From NCBI RefSeq assembly GCF_009914755.1, contig NC_060932.1: a stretch of DNA of 64,000 nucleotides, one strand, 5' to 3'. The translations under genes were made by a program, and so were the position numbers. Position 1 is the stretch's first letter. Each line of letters starts with the position of its first letter. The DNA is from the human T2T-CHM13v2.0 reference genome, Homo sapiens. Positions 39,845-53,036 of the stretch are shown in pieces. The notes under the pieces were generated by a model. The model did not search any database, had not been told where the DNA came from, and saw only the letters and a program-made list of their open reading frames with translations.

Positions 39845-40425
39845 TCTTCAAAATATCCATTAACTGCAGAGGAAAAAAAAGGAATTTTATAGTGGAGATA
39901 TTCAGCCTACACCACCTTACCAAGTAATTAATGTTAACATCATAAGTGAAATAACAGATATATCAGCCCCTGTAATTTGAGACACTGGAAATGGCTGTTT
40001 TATTCTGTAGTATTCTGCCCCCAAGTTCATAAATTCAACCAAATTACGGGAAAATATCAGAAAGCCTCAACATGTGGGACTTTTTAAAAAATAGGTGACC
40101 AGAAATCTTCAAAACTGTCAAGGTCAAGAAAGACAAGGAAAGACTAATTAGCTGTCACAAATTGGAGGAGATTCAGGAGACAGGAGGAATAAATAGAATG
40201 TAGAATTCTGGAACAGAAAAGTGACAGTGGCAAACCTGGTGAATTCCAGTAAAGCCTGCAGTTTAGTTAATAATGCTGTGTCAACATTAATGTCTTCAGT
40301 TTTGACAATTGCATTCTGGTTAATGTTAGCACTGGAAGGCAAGTGGGTGAAGTATATATAGGATGTCTGTATTATTTTTGCAATTTTGTGGTGTCTAAAA
40401 TTATTTCAAAGTAAAAACTGAAAAA
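39845..40425 (+). mobile_element. L1MC4/L1ME-type 3' end
   Basis: CTTCAAAACTGTCAAGGTCAAGAAAGACAAGGAAAGACT, CTGGAACAGAAAA, GTCTAAAATTATTTCAAA end. Confidence 0.78.
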
Positions 40426-40819
40426 TGTTTGCAAGGTAAGCCATGAGATTTATTAACACCAAAATGAGTCTGCTGGACTTTTTTTGAAATTAGTTCTTAC
40501 AGGGGAAGAGGGCAATGAAGCAACAGTGGCAGAAAGTATGATAAATGAGAAAAATCTATGGCCCACGCTTTAGGTCCAAGTCCTCCAGTCAAAATGTTGA
40601 CAATTCTATGAGGTAAGTACTGTTTGCTGAAAAAGTGATCCCTGCGAGGAGACAGTGATGTTCACATGCTGGCATGCTGATGGAAGCCGTGTTCCACACA
40701 CTGGACGTGAACTCCATGAGCGCGGCCAGCATACACTCTGGAGATGGAAGAGTCGCCACTTTGTAGAAAACACATGGAATAGCATCAGTATTGCAGAGAG
40801 GACTGCTGAAACTCAATGT

Positions 40820-41590
40820 GGGTAGCCCAAGGTATAAATTAAATATCCATCAATCCATATGAAGATAAATGATTGGGATAAAAAGTAAATGGGAGAAAAA
40901 TAAAACAAATTCCTTGTGTTGAATTCTAAATAGTTTCTACATATCTGCCCTCAGAAGGTGGCATGTAACTCCCTTAGGAGGGCTCCCAGTTACTTCTTTC
41001 CAGACTACAGTATGGAAAAAGGACACCAGAGTAACCTTGCAGTGGACAAGCCTGACAAACACCTCTGCCAGGTGACTAAGGTCAGCATCTGCAGTGCTGA
41101 GCCACAGTGATAGCACACCCTCCTTACATTGTCATGGGAATGACACTTCACCTCTAGTTTTCCTCCCAAAAATCTATAGCTCCAGTCAACACATGAGGAA
41201 AACATCAGAAACATCACAATCAAGAGAATTTCCACAGAATGGTTTACCAGTCGGCCTCCAATCTGTCGAGGTCATCAAAGACAAGGAAAACCTGAGAAAC
41301 CGTCACAGCCAAGGGGAGCCCAAGGAGACGTGACGACTAAATGCCACATGAGGTTTGGGATGGGACCCGTGGATGGAATGAGAACATTAGGTGAAAACTC
41401 AGAACATTCAATGCGGTACGGACTGTAGTCATTAAAGTGTCAATATCAGTTCATTAATTGTGGCAAATGGACCATACTAACATAAGACATTAATAACAGA
41501 GGATTGTGGATGTTGTATATATGGGAGCACTTCATACTGTCCTCACGACTTCTCTGTAAAAGTGCTGAAACAAAAAGTATATTTAAAAAA
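40820..41590 (+). mobile_element. L1MC/L1MD 3' region
   Basis: GGTCATCAAAGACAAGGAAAACCTGAGAAACCGTCACAGCCAAGGGGAGCCCAAGGAGACGTGACGACTAAATG. Confidence 0.85.
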
Positions 41591-41758
41591 CTAAATCTTG
41601 GGAGCAAGGCACATTAATTTAGAATGTTTCTGTGTTTAATATCTCATTATTTTATTAGTATATTACTATACTTTTTATATTTTAGGTAGTAATAATATTA
41701 TTGTTTTATACATTTTGAGATATTCTATCCACAACTGATAACCTGTGGTTATTGTTAA

Positions 41759-41833
41759 CCCATTTCCCATTTGGGAAAAGAAAAAGCGTATCTCACTGCC
41801 AGAACTCATTTCTCAGGGCAAATGGGAAATGGG
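41759..41833 (-). mobile_element. MER75A (piggyBac-derived MITE)
   Basis: Terminal inverted repeats CCCATTTCCCATTTG / CAAATGGGAAATGGG, flanked by TTAA on both sides (41755-58 and 41834-37). Confidence 0.88.
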
Positions 41834-41863
41834 TTAAGGAATATGTGAGTATTGTGGGTTATA

Positions 41864-41918
41864 TTAGGTTGGTTCAAAAGTAATTGTGGTTTTAGCCATT
41901 ACTTTTGCACCAACCTAA
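41864..41918. mobile_element. MADE1 (Hsmar1-derived MITE), internally deleted
   Basis: TTAGGTTGGTTCAAAAGTAAT...ATTACTTTTGCACCAACCTAA with TA TSD. Confidence 0.92.
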
Positions 41919-42749
41919 TAAAATGTCAGTGACTTCAGAACTAAAGAAGTCAATTTTTAAAAATATGTATTACAGTTCTCTACGGTACTGATAAAATTTG
42001 CTGCACGGATTTAAAATGCTGTCCCAGTGAGATTAGGGGAGCATCTGAGTGAGGAATAAAGGCGTCAAAACAGCCTTCCAGAGGTTGGGGAAACCACTGG
42101 GTGGGGAATTGCACTGGCTATTCATTCCCAACACAATGGATGAGGCATCTGGTGACCCTATGACCCTGTGGCTGTAAGAGTAAGCAGGGGTGGAAAACCC
42201 ATGAATATTTCCTGACGTAAAACCCATTGAAAAGGGGGTGGGGGCTGGTGCCGACGTGTGCTAAAGATCATTGTCTTCCAACTGGCAGGCCTATAATTTG
42301 GACAAAACAAGGTCATTATATTGAGGTTGGTAGGGAGGAGGTATTTTTGGAGATATGATTGCAATTCTGCCCAAAAGCAATGACCACTTCCCCTTGGTTC
42401 CCGCCCTGAACACCCACTGATCCCTCCACCCCTTGTAGGCAACCATCCCCCAACCCTCATTCCCCAGTGTTGTGTGGGAGAAGCAGATGCGTCAACATCT
42501 CCAAAGTTCACGCTGCCGTGGATGGACTTTAGGCTTCGATGCTATGTTTTTTTGTTTTGTTTTTGTTTTTTTCCTTTTTCTAGTTGACCTTTTTCTGCTG
42601 ATGACTTAGTTTCATCTTTTCTATCTCCTGCTTCACCAAAGCTCAGCATCACCTAGGCTCTCTTTGCGGACCTTTTTGGTTCCCTGCTATACAGTGATCA
42701 AGACACTTGCCCACTGCAGGGAAAACAAATTTAAGTATGTGTAGAATAA

Positions 42750-42875
42750 CTGCACTAAGTGGACACTCTCTGTGGTAAAATGACCGGACCAAGATCCCTG
42801 AAAAAGGAAATGGTATAGCTGGGGTCTGAATTTCTGTTATGCGACACCAGAACTGGGACTCTCAGCCATGACTTT
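42750..42875 (-). mobile_element. MIR fragment
   Basis: GTAAAATGACCGGACCAAGATC...AGCTGGGGTCTGAA. Confidence 0.45.
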
Positions 42876-45749
42876 CCTCTTCTTGACACATAGCACTGTA
42901 ATTAATATAGAATGCACTTCAATAAAGGACATCTTTGACAAAGCAAAGCATGCATTCTTCATGGGATGTTATTATATAATTAGGAAGAATAAAATATCCC
43001 CTTCAAATGGAAACTCAATTTCATTAAACAACCATTACCAAAGCCATAAAGATCATTGACCTGACAGCACTGGGGCTTATTGAGTTCTTTATCCAGAAAA
43101 AAGAGAGGAGTTATATGTGCACTTTCTCACCAGTGCTCATGACTGGTCGACCAATGACACACATTTCCCAGATAATTCCGGAGAGGAGCGCATGGTCAAT
43201 GAATGAAGCAAATTAGCTGTCCTATTGTAGTATAGTCTGGCCTTGTTACTTTATAATATAGACCATTAACTCTACATTCCAACCACCTAAACTCTCTGTT
43301 CACCGCTCTTCTTTTAAACTGTATTGCAAAAAGGATTATAAAAAACCCTCTGAGTATAAGCATTCCTTTAAAGGAAAGTTAGAAGACTTGAGTATCCATT
43401 AAATCTTAAAGGTCATACATATAATTGCATCTAAGTTTAGGAAAACAAGTCTTCACATCAGGTCTTAGCATAAATAATGTAAATTAAGATACATTTGAAT
43501 TTACTGGCTTCTTTGTTTTTAACGCTTTGCATTGTTAGGTCCATAAACATTCTGTGTCTAAAAGAAACACAAAATAATAATGATGGCCCCTCAGTGTCAG
43601 ATGCATTAAACCAATATCATTACATTGTGACAACGACCTTACACATTTTGCCTACAAGGAGCTCAAGGCGCAGTAAGATTAAATAAATTGTTCAAGAATA
43701 CCTAGTTAATAAGTGGGAAGGTGTACATTCATTTTATCACCTAAGCTGCATATACAGGGGATGACAAAGAACTGAGAGGTCGCACCATCGTCTGTATATC
43801 AGCGCCTTCAGTAAGAATTGGTGGAATATTCTGGTCTCTGTCAGCATTAGGATTCGGGAGTAATAGCTGCTCCATGATTAAGCAATGCTATCATCCTCTA
43901 TTATGGGCTTTCCTGTGTATTAAACTAAGCAACTTGATGATTTGTTTCAAAATTTCTCACCTTAGCTCCAGATGACATTCAGAAGTATATAACTCTGAGT
44001 ACTGACCCAGTATGTTAATGGTGGTTTTGGAAGTAGATTCTGAGCAGCATTGTCTAGTACAGTTTGTATTCCTTTCCAAGGGCAAGATAAGAATGTTAGG
44101 CGGTGGGCATGGGGGGATCTCTGAGTCAAAGAAGATTTTATGATGAGAGAGTTTTCTTTTGCTTATGGAAATGTTTACTTGGGGGCTACATTTACTACAT
44201 GCCTTGCCTCATTTCTGTTAAGTCCAGCCAGATACCATGAATTTCACAGTAGTTCCTAATACTTCATACACAGTGATCTGTCGTCTGTAATTTTATTCCA
44301 GGACACCAACAAGCCCTGGCTATTGCAGACAGGTTGTGGTACCAGAAGCATTTATAAACCTCAAATCTGATTACAGGGCCCTGAAACATGGAAGTGTTTA
44401 ATAAAGATGTGCTGATTAAACTGAGAATCAACTATGTACTTCAGTGTTCAGAGAAATATTCCAAAGAAAGAAACCAAAATATTACAGTGTGGGAAACCTA
44501 ATAAAAACCCTGTCCCATGAGAAATTCCACATGTGCAGATAAAAAAAATTTCCTTTTCTATCAGCATCACCATTTTTTCAAGTGTCAAATGCTACATATA
44601 TAATACCAAATTATTGTGAAAGTGGAACTTGAAAATAATAACATGGAAATAAACAGAATTTTAAAGAAGAAAATATCTTAAAATATATTTTAGATACTCA
44701 TAAATGTTTATAAATATGATACCGTGAAGAAAAATGCGTTCTCTTTTATGGAAACAGCTCTCTCAACAGCATACCCTTTAAGTAGCACTTGGACAAGAAG
44801 GATCCAGGGACCACCCCCCGCCTCATAACAGATGTTTGGTCTTGTTCAGTGTTGTTTTTTTGCACCGTCTCAGATGGAATGGTGTTCCTGTCACACCTAA
44901 AGCATCAACACAGGCTTCAGCTTTTATCATACTTGAGCCTCCTCCCTTGGGAATGCCAGGATTCTCTAAGAAAGACATCCTGCTCAAGATTAGAATCACC
45001 ACACTCCTATGATTTCAAACAAGACAAAAGTGATAAATTACAGACTTTTTTTTTTGCCATTGCCAACATGGTAAAGCCTTAGCCAATTAAGATCCATAAA
45101 GGGCAGTTCCGAAATCTACCTCATGGCAACGCACACACCACAATGCAACGCATCTGAGGCCCATCACTATGAAGCTACAAAATATTAAATACTTTTGGAA
45201 AATATACAACAAAGGAAAACTAATACATTCTAAACACTTGCTGGTTTTTTCAAATAAAGCTTCTTCTATCTACTATCTATGAATTTGTTGATCAAATAGT
45301 TGATACTGTGACAAATACTTTATTCAATACTTTATGAAGTCCTACCCCTGTATCAGTGCTGTAAGCAATGCTACTTAGAAAAGGCATACATTTCTGGAAG
45401 AAAAATAAAATAGAAGATTTTTTTTTGTTATTCAACAACCTGCTATTTCATATTCCCTCCAACATTAAGTAGCAACAGACACGAGTGGGCCTTTCCCAGG
45501 GCCAAGGCACGTGCACACACTCTATGGAGCAATGTTGTGCCACTTCACATCAGCAATTCCTACCGGTCGGGCTTCCCGACTTCACTAATCAGTCCTACAG
45601 AACATCAAAATTATGCTACCTAATTTGAGTAGAGAAAGAGGCTACTGTTTGATCTTAACAAATACAACTGCTCTAATTTCTGGTGACTATCAACAGAGCG
45701 GCTGGATGGCTTCCAGATCAAGGTAATCATCTTCACATCAGGAAATTTC

Positions 45750-46023
45750 CTCTGTCACCCAGGATGGAGTGCAATGGCGCAATCTCGATCTCGGCTCAAT
45801 GCAACCTCCGTCCCCCTGGTTCAAGGGATTCTCCTGCCTCAGCCTCCCGAAGAGCTGTGATTACAGGTGCCTTCCAGCACACCCAGCTAATTTTTGTATT
45901 TTTAGAAGAGACGGTGTTTCACCATGTTGGCCAGGCTGGTCTTGAACTCCTGACCTCAGGTGATCCTCCCGTCTCGGCGTCTTAAAGTGATGTGATTACA
46001 GGCGTGAGCCACTGCACCCGGCC
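45750..46023 (-). mobile_element. AluS (Sq/Sx-like), 3' end and tail missing
   Basis: TTGGCCAGGCTGGTCTTGAACTCCTGACCTCAGGTGATCC; GTGCAATGGCGCAATCTC; small internal duplication. Confidence 0.9.
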
Positions 46024-46926
46024 ACATTAAAAAAGTTCTTAAATAGGTGTTTGATGTTTATTCATCAGGCTTTCAAAATACTATCTGTTCATGTTAAACA
46101 ATGATGTAGTCTGACAGGCAGTCACCTAAAACGGGCCCTTCACTGCCACAAATAACCGACGTGGCCCCAGCCTTAACATTTGTTCTGAAGGGCAAATGCA
46201 TGCACTTGCTACAGCACTGATTTCACTTAGTACATGTTTCTTTTCTTAGTTTTATTTTTAAATTCATATTTAAAATAGATATTTGGAGCTTAGTACTACC
46301 GTATTAGTAGTCTTAAGAATATTAATCTCCTTTCATTTTTTTGGACTGCACATTACTACAGTGTATTGTTTTTAAGGAGTAAGAATGTTATTAATTGCTG
46401 ATTTAATGTATTTATGAATCAGTAACAGATGCAAAGACAATTGGCATCATCCTGTAGGCATTATCCAAAGCACATGCTAAAAATAGTAATATAGTATTTT
46501 TATAGAGAAAATTCAACCCATACGTTGAAAATTATAAAAATCTAAAGAGGAATTCATGTCGATTGTAATGGTTGTTTGTATTTGTAGAGTGTTAATGTCT
46601 CATAGCTTAAAAATTATTTTGTGTTTCTGGGAAACTGTTAAAATCTGGATATTTAAAAATATATGCTTAAAAATTAATGCCAGAATTTTCTCAGAACCAG
46701 TTCTCCAGGAATTCCAGAGTTTCTCACCCCTCAACATTCAGATACCCAACCCAGAGCATCAGCATCTTTCCTTTAAGTTCATTTCCTCTGTTTCATTTTA
46801 ACTTTCCCTTTTTTTATCACTACGATTTCTCCAGTCTGTGCCATCCTGTCTTCTCTGTGATACCTTCTTGTGTTTGCTCTTCTCTCGCTGTACCCAGAAT
46901 CTTGACTTTTACCCGGGAATTTCAAA

Positions 46927-47245
46927 CCTTCCGTCCCTGGTTATGACTTCCATCCCACTCAAACAATACACACTATCAGACATTCTCCTACCTTCCATCC
47001 CTGGTTATGACTTCCATCCAACTCAAGCAATACACACTATCAGACATTCTCCTACCTTCCATCCCCGGTTATGACTTCCATCCCACTCAAACAAAACACA
47101 CTATCAGACATTCTCCTACCTTCCGTCCTCGGTTATGACTTCCATCCCACTCAAACAATATACACTATCAGACATTCTCCTAAGTTCCATCCCCGGTTAT
47201 GACTTCCATCCCACTCAAACAATACACACTATCAGACATTCTCCT
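46927..47245 (+). repeat. minisatellite, 5 x 64 bp
   Basis: Units start at 46927, 46991, 47055, 47119 and 47183; consensus CCTTCCATCCCCGGTTATGACTTCCATCCCACTCAAACAATACACACTATCAGACATTCTCCTA. Confidence 0.97.
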
Positions 47246-48364
47246 CTCTTTACATGTCCATCAAAACCACCTTATCTCCCAGTCTCCAACAGAGAATCTC
47301 AATCCCATTGCTTGTCTAACTCTAAAGAGGAACTTAAAGCAAGCCTAAAATAAGTAAGACCTATAAGAGAGAAAGGCCTGTTACGGCAGGGCATGCAGTT
47401 TATATTTAATCAGAGAGACCCTGGCAAGCCATGGGAGTTATCTCAGCCTTTCAGGAAGATTACCTGATGAGCCCTTGCAGAATGTATTGCAGACAAGGAT
47501 CCAGATGGTAAGGGATAGCTGGCAGAGAAGTGCTAACGATGACTTTAATTAGGGGTGGAAACAGTTGGTTTCAGTTGAAGAGATACAATAAAAAAATATT
47601 CTGGGCTCTTGGGATTAATGTAAAGCGGAAATAAGACCACAGCAGCAAATGTTGAATCCCTCGTGGATGACTGAAAAAGGTATAGTATCATGAATAGTTA
47701 AAAGGAAACTTCGAGGCAGATAATACTATTGATAGAAAAATCATGAAGTGTAATATGTTACGATTATCTATTGTATGAATGAAAGGACAGTAATCGGCTT
47801 CATTCGAAAGGGACTGAGTTTGAGACACATGGGGGATATCCAGATTAAAAAACATAAAACGGATGCACAGAATTTCAAAAGCCAATTAATAGAGTTAGGA
47901 TAAATGGAAAGTTTCTGTAAAACGGAATGAAGGAAATTTCTTAATTTGGAAAATGAGTTAACACAATGCCATCTTGTGGCTAGGAGGTATCTGAGTGTCA
48001 CTCACTTTGTCTAAACAAATGTAAATATTTTATGCTTCAATTATCATTTTCTTAAGCTATAGGAGCAGACTTTTTAAATTAAGTCACTCTACTTTTAGAT
48101 AGTAATTCCTGAAACAATTTACCGTAAGTGACAAATGAGCCTACACTCAGAAGTGCAAATTTCTTCTTATGTGTTAAATAATCATGGAAAATATTTTAAA
48201 AGAATTAAGTAATGACTCAAAGCATTATGTCAAGATATGCTTGGTCTCCATAATCAGGAAGTTGAGCGTACTTTCATATCATACTTGCATAATTTTTCAT
48301 AAATACTATTTCTGTGGGAGCTTATCTTTTACAACACGCAGAAGAGATGCATAAATCCAAACTG

Positions 48365-48366
<2 letters not shown>

Positions 48367-48405
<39 letters not shown>
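48367..48405 (+). repeat. poly(A)39
   Basis: Uninterrupted A run. Confidence 0.97.
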
Positions 48406-48408
<3 letters not shown>

Positions 48409-48963
48409 TTGAATGTTTGGAAGTATTTTTAAGAATTTAATATGAAACCATTTACAATAATTAAAAATGAAAAACTACATCAATTAAGGGCTTTTACAAA
48501 GAGACAGCCTTGAGGCAATAGTACTTTATTTTAGCTAAAATAGACATATTTCTACAACATATTCAAAAATCCTATCTGAAGGCTTATGAGAATTAACAAG
48601 ATGGATTTTGAATATGCACTTCAAACCGTGTAGGTTTCTTTTCATAGCCACAAATGACAGCTGTCAACAAATATTCTTTAATGTCCTTATTCCAAATCGT
48701 ATCTGCCAAGATTATATAAAGAAAAAAATATGACTATCGAGTAACAACAAAGGATTTCATGTCTGGTAATTTAAAATTTTACTCTCAGAAGACACAATCA
48801 TGTTAAAGACATAATTGAATCCATTTACACCAAGCATCTATTTTACCACATTCCTGATGAATGAATGTCCGCCTCATTTGGACTAATGTCAGAAGTAAAC
48901 CAGGACTAAAGATACAGCTGTCTCTGCCCAGCTAAATGTAATTATTTAAAAACTTACTTCTAC

Positions 48964-49529
48964 CAACAGTCCCACTAATGGGCATCTACCCAGAGGAAAA
49001 GAAGTCATTATACGAAAAAGATATTTGCACATGCGTGTTTACAGTGGAATTCACAATTGCAAAATCATGGAATGAACCCAAATATCCATCAAACAAGTGG
49101 ATAAAGAAACTGTGATACACACACACACACACAGACACACACACACACACACACACACGAACACATGATGGACTGCTACTCAGCCATAAAAATGCATGAA
49201 TTAATGGCATTTGCAGAGACCTGGATGACATTGGAGACTATTTTTCTAAGTGAAGTAACTCAGGAATGAAAAACAAACATCATATGTTCTCACTGATATG
49301 TGGGAGGTAAGTTGTGAGCATACAAAGGGCATAAGAAGGATACAGTGGATTTTGGGGACTGAGGGGGAAGGGTGGGGGGGTGATGGATAAAAGACTGCAA
49401 ATAGGGTACAGTGTATACTGCTCAGGTGGTGGGTGCACCAAAATCTTGCAAATCACCATTAAAAAACTTACCTATGTAACCAAATACCACTTGAACTCCA
49501 ATAGCTCATGGAAAAAACAAAAAATAAAA
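48964..49529 (+). mobile_element. L1PB 3' end (L1PB1-like)
   Basis: ATCTACCCAGAGGAAAAGAAGTCATTATACGAAAAAG, CTAAGTGAAGTAACTCAGGAATG, GTAACCAAATACCAC; internal (CA)n. Confidence 0.9.
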
Positions 49530-50399
49530 TGTACTTGTTTATACTTGGCAGAAAAAAGTAAAAATAAAATAAAACCTGTCTTTCTGTGTATTCAGTCCTT
49601 GATCCTCCCAGTACCTCTGGACCCAGCACTGAATAATCCTGCCTTCCCTTTGATTTAAAAACCATTTAAAACTTTGAAATCAGCTGAAACGTCTCCTCTT
49701 CATCTTCTCTCATCCAGCTATTTGTTCAAAGTTACTAATGCTTTGAAAACCTGTTGCCATCTCTACGTCTCTTACCTCACACACTTGTAACATAACATGT
49801 TCTTTGTAATTGTTCAGGTGTGACCTAACCAGCATTAAGTAAGCATGCAGTTAGTCTGGTCTTATTTTACATTTGCTTTTCTCTTACTCTACATTATAGG
49901 AATGTTTCCAGTGAAAGTCTGTACAGAATGATAAATATTAAGTGTATCTGTTCTAAAGCTTTTCATTAATTTAAAACACAAAATAACATCAACTGGCCTG
50001 TTACTTTTTCTGGAGGGAGTGGGCTACTTCTAGCAATACTTTCTCTCCTCTTTGGGTCATATATTAAGCATAAATGAAGAATACAGAACCAGGAGAATTA
50101 GAAAATGCGATCATATAACTATGTAATCCTTGTCATCCTTCTCTTGGTGAGTGTAAAGAGCTGATATGTGGAGGGAGTACTTGGAAATTACTATTAATGA
50201 GGTCCCCAGAATTAGACCATAGAAACATACGAAAATCTCACATAAACAAAACAAAGAAACAAACAAACATAATTTGGTTAGTGCTTTTTTTTCTCAGAAA
50301 TGTAAAAGAAAAATACAAAGGATAATATATCAGTCATATACTCAGCAGAAGACACTAAAATGTTAATTTATCAAAAGAACAAGAGATGTTTAAGAAATA

Positions 50400-51050
50400 A
50401 AACATTTCAAGTGAAGTCAAACTTCTCTACAAATCCCTCCACAAATCGTAGTATCCACTTCCCTCCCTAAACTCCACCTTTATTTTTAATTTGGGGTAAA
50501 CACATTCTAAGATTTTTTTATTTTCCTGTATATTTTAAAATTGGCATGAGTAGTTACACAAATATATTGTTTGCTTCTTTATTTTTGAAACCTATTAAAA
50601 ATGTAAAGCCTTACAACTACTTTATTTAAAGTACTCTAAAGCATAATGTCTACATGAATATTACAAACTTTATATATCTCCCGCCCTACTAACAAACATG
50701 TGGGTTGTTTCCAGTTTTCCACTGTTATAATTCTAGGATGAATAGCTCTGTGTATGTCCTATGATATGCATGCATGATGTACTTGCTCATCATTTAGGAA
50801 TATTTTTTAACTTTCCTAGATATTACCAATTTGCTTTTCACAAATTGCTATACTAATTTACATTTTCTAGAGCAATTTGAGAATTACCACTTCTATGCAT
50901 TCTCCTAAACATTTGGTATTCCATAATTTTTAATGCTCAGCAATTGGACTTTAATTCATTGTCATCCCATTGTGTTTTAATTTGCATTTCCTGAGTCTGG
51001 CTGGTATAAACATGTTTTTGACCAGTCAGGTTTCCTCTTTTGTGCCTTCT
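50400..51050 (-). mobile_element. ancient L1ME fragment
   Basis: GGGTTGTTTCCAGTTTT, TATACTAATTTACATT, TTTTAATTTGCATTTCC. Confidence 0.65.
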
Positions 51051-51243
51051 TCTTGGGGAAAAAGAAAAACCAACTACTTTTTTAAAACTGTCACGAGGAG
51101 CAATCAAGTTATCTCTTATTGAAGTTAATTGGGAAAAGAAGGAAAAGAGAAATAACCATAATAATACCACATTCCAAGCCTGGGAGATCTAAAATGTTGT
51201 CAATGTAACAGGAGAAATAAAACATCGTATAGAGATATGATAA

Positions 51244-51653
<410 letters not shown>

Positions 51654-52049
51654 AAAAGTATCCAATTTTAAGGTGTACCTCACATGTTTCATATGTTGTC
51701 CTTAGTCCCCCAAAATGTAGAAAGGTAGTTATCAGTAGAAAACCACTGCTAATCCAAAGACACACAAATACTTAAAACAGATTCTGTAACTTTCTACCAT
51801 ATGTGTGTTTGTACTTCAGGAATTCATTTTATCCTAAGAATCATCTGGGATCCTGTTTAAACCCCAGAGCACTAGGGTCGTTGTCTAGATCCTGGAATGA
51901 GGACATAAACTGAAGGCAGCCACAAATCTGTGTTTCTCTAGGGACCCAGATAATGCCTGTGCTCAGGCAAGTATGGCAAGAACTATTCTTCATCAAGCTG
52001 TTTCCTGAAAAGTTGCATTTCATGCAGTAAGAAGCACTGTGTGCAAAGA

Positions 52050-53036
52050 CAGCCACCATAACTCCCCCACTCACTGCTTTCACTCATCTTTGCCATTAAC
52101 TCTACCCTTTCTTCTCTTAAGACATGGTGTGTTTCCTTCTCATCCCTTGACTGAGCTGAGCTATGGACTTGCTTTTCCACTACAATGCAGAAAAAGTGAT
52201 GTAAGACTTTGAAGACTAGGCTTTCAGAGCCTTAGTGATTGAGAGAAGGAACATAAACAGCTAATTATCAGAGTACATATGAACATAGAACTCTGACCCA
52301 CACCCTCTGCTGTGACCAGTGCAGGAGACCAAGCCACAACCACTGCATCAACCAGCTCAGAGTACGTAAGACTTGGCCAGTGACTTTCAGCTACCCTATT
52401 TTTGCCCCCGCTTTTGACTCCAGACCAAGCAGAGGAAGTGAAATACACTGCTGGGTTGACTGGTGAGAAGTGGGAGGACGGCTTACTTCCACTTAGCTCT
52501 TCGCCACCACCAGCTTCCCCATGTGAAAAACCTCCAAGTGCAATGTGCCTGAAGCCTTCCCCTCTTCCACCATAGGGCTTTCCCTCTCCCCTGAGTTTGA
52601 GCGGCTGCTAAGCTCAAATCATGGCAGCTGCCTTGCTTGTTCTGGCAAACCTGAGTCAATAGCCTCTGTTCTCATCTGGGTATGTCCACCAGCTTCTACC
52701 GAGAGCTTCTTTTCAGATGTCTTAGAACCCTGAGGCTCCCATGAAGAATACTGAGATAGTCTCCTTGAGCAGAAAGCACATTAAAAGAGAGACCTAGTCA
52801 ACACCAAGCATCAATCCTAAACTTGTGAGTGGGTAAGTGAGTCCCAGGGTTTTGGGGGCAATGCGACCCTGTGGGACACCATGGGTCTGCAGCTGCATGA
52901 GTGTCCAAGGAAAGACCAGCAGAATCTGTACAGCTGAGTCAAGTCCAGATTGCTGACCACTGAAATTGTCATGGGCATTTTTGTTTCAACGTGCTAAGTC
53001 TTGAGGTTGCTTTTTACACAGCAGATCGTTCTAACA
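52050..53036 (+). mobile_element. MLT1 (F/G/H-type) LTR split by a second LTR
   Basis: 5' part GACTTGCTTT...GCAGAAAAAGTGATGT...CTAGGC (to ~52225); 3' part CAGCTGAGTCAAGTCCAGATTGCTGACC...TACACAGCAG...AACA (from ~52705). Confidence 0.65.
52236..52700 (+). mobile_element. ERVL-class solo LTR (subfamily not assigned)
   Basis: ATAGAACTCTGACCCACACCCTCTGC, CCTATTTTTGCCCC, CAGCTTCCCCATG, CCTGAAGCCTTCCC match a remembered old ERVL LTR consensus. Confidence 0.6.

Noticed and set aside
33375-41590. Three similar same-strand segments (33.4, 39.8 and 40.8 kb) as a local segmental duplication
   Set aside because: All are L1MC/MD/ME 3'UTR relics that are heavily diverged from each other, with unrelated flanks; independent insertions are the simpler explanation
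46927-47245. CRISPR-like array
   Set aside because: Units are contiguous near-identical 64-mers with no unique spacers, there are no cas genes, and the context is primate DNA; it is a minisatellite
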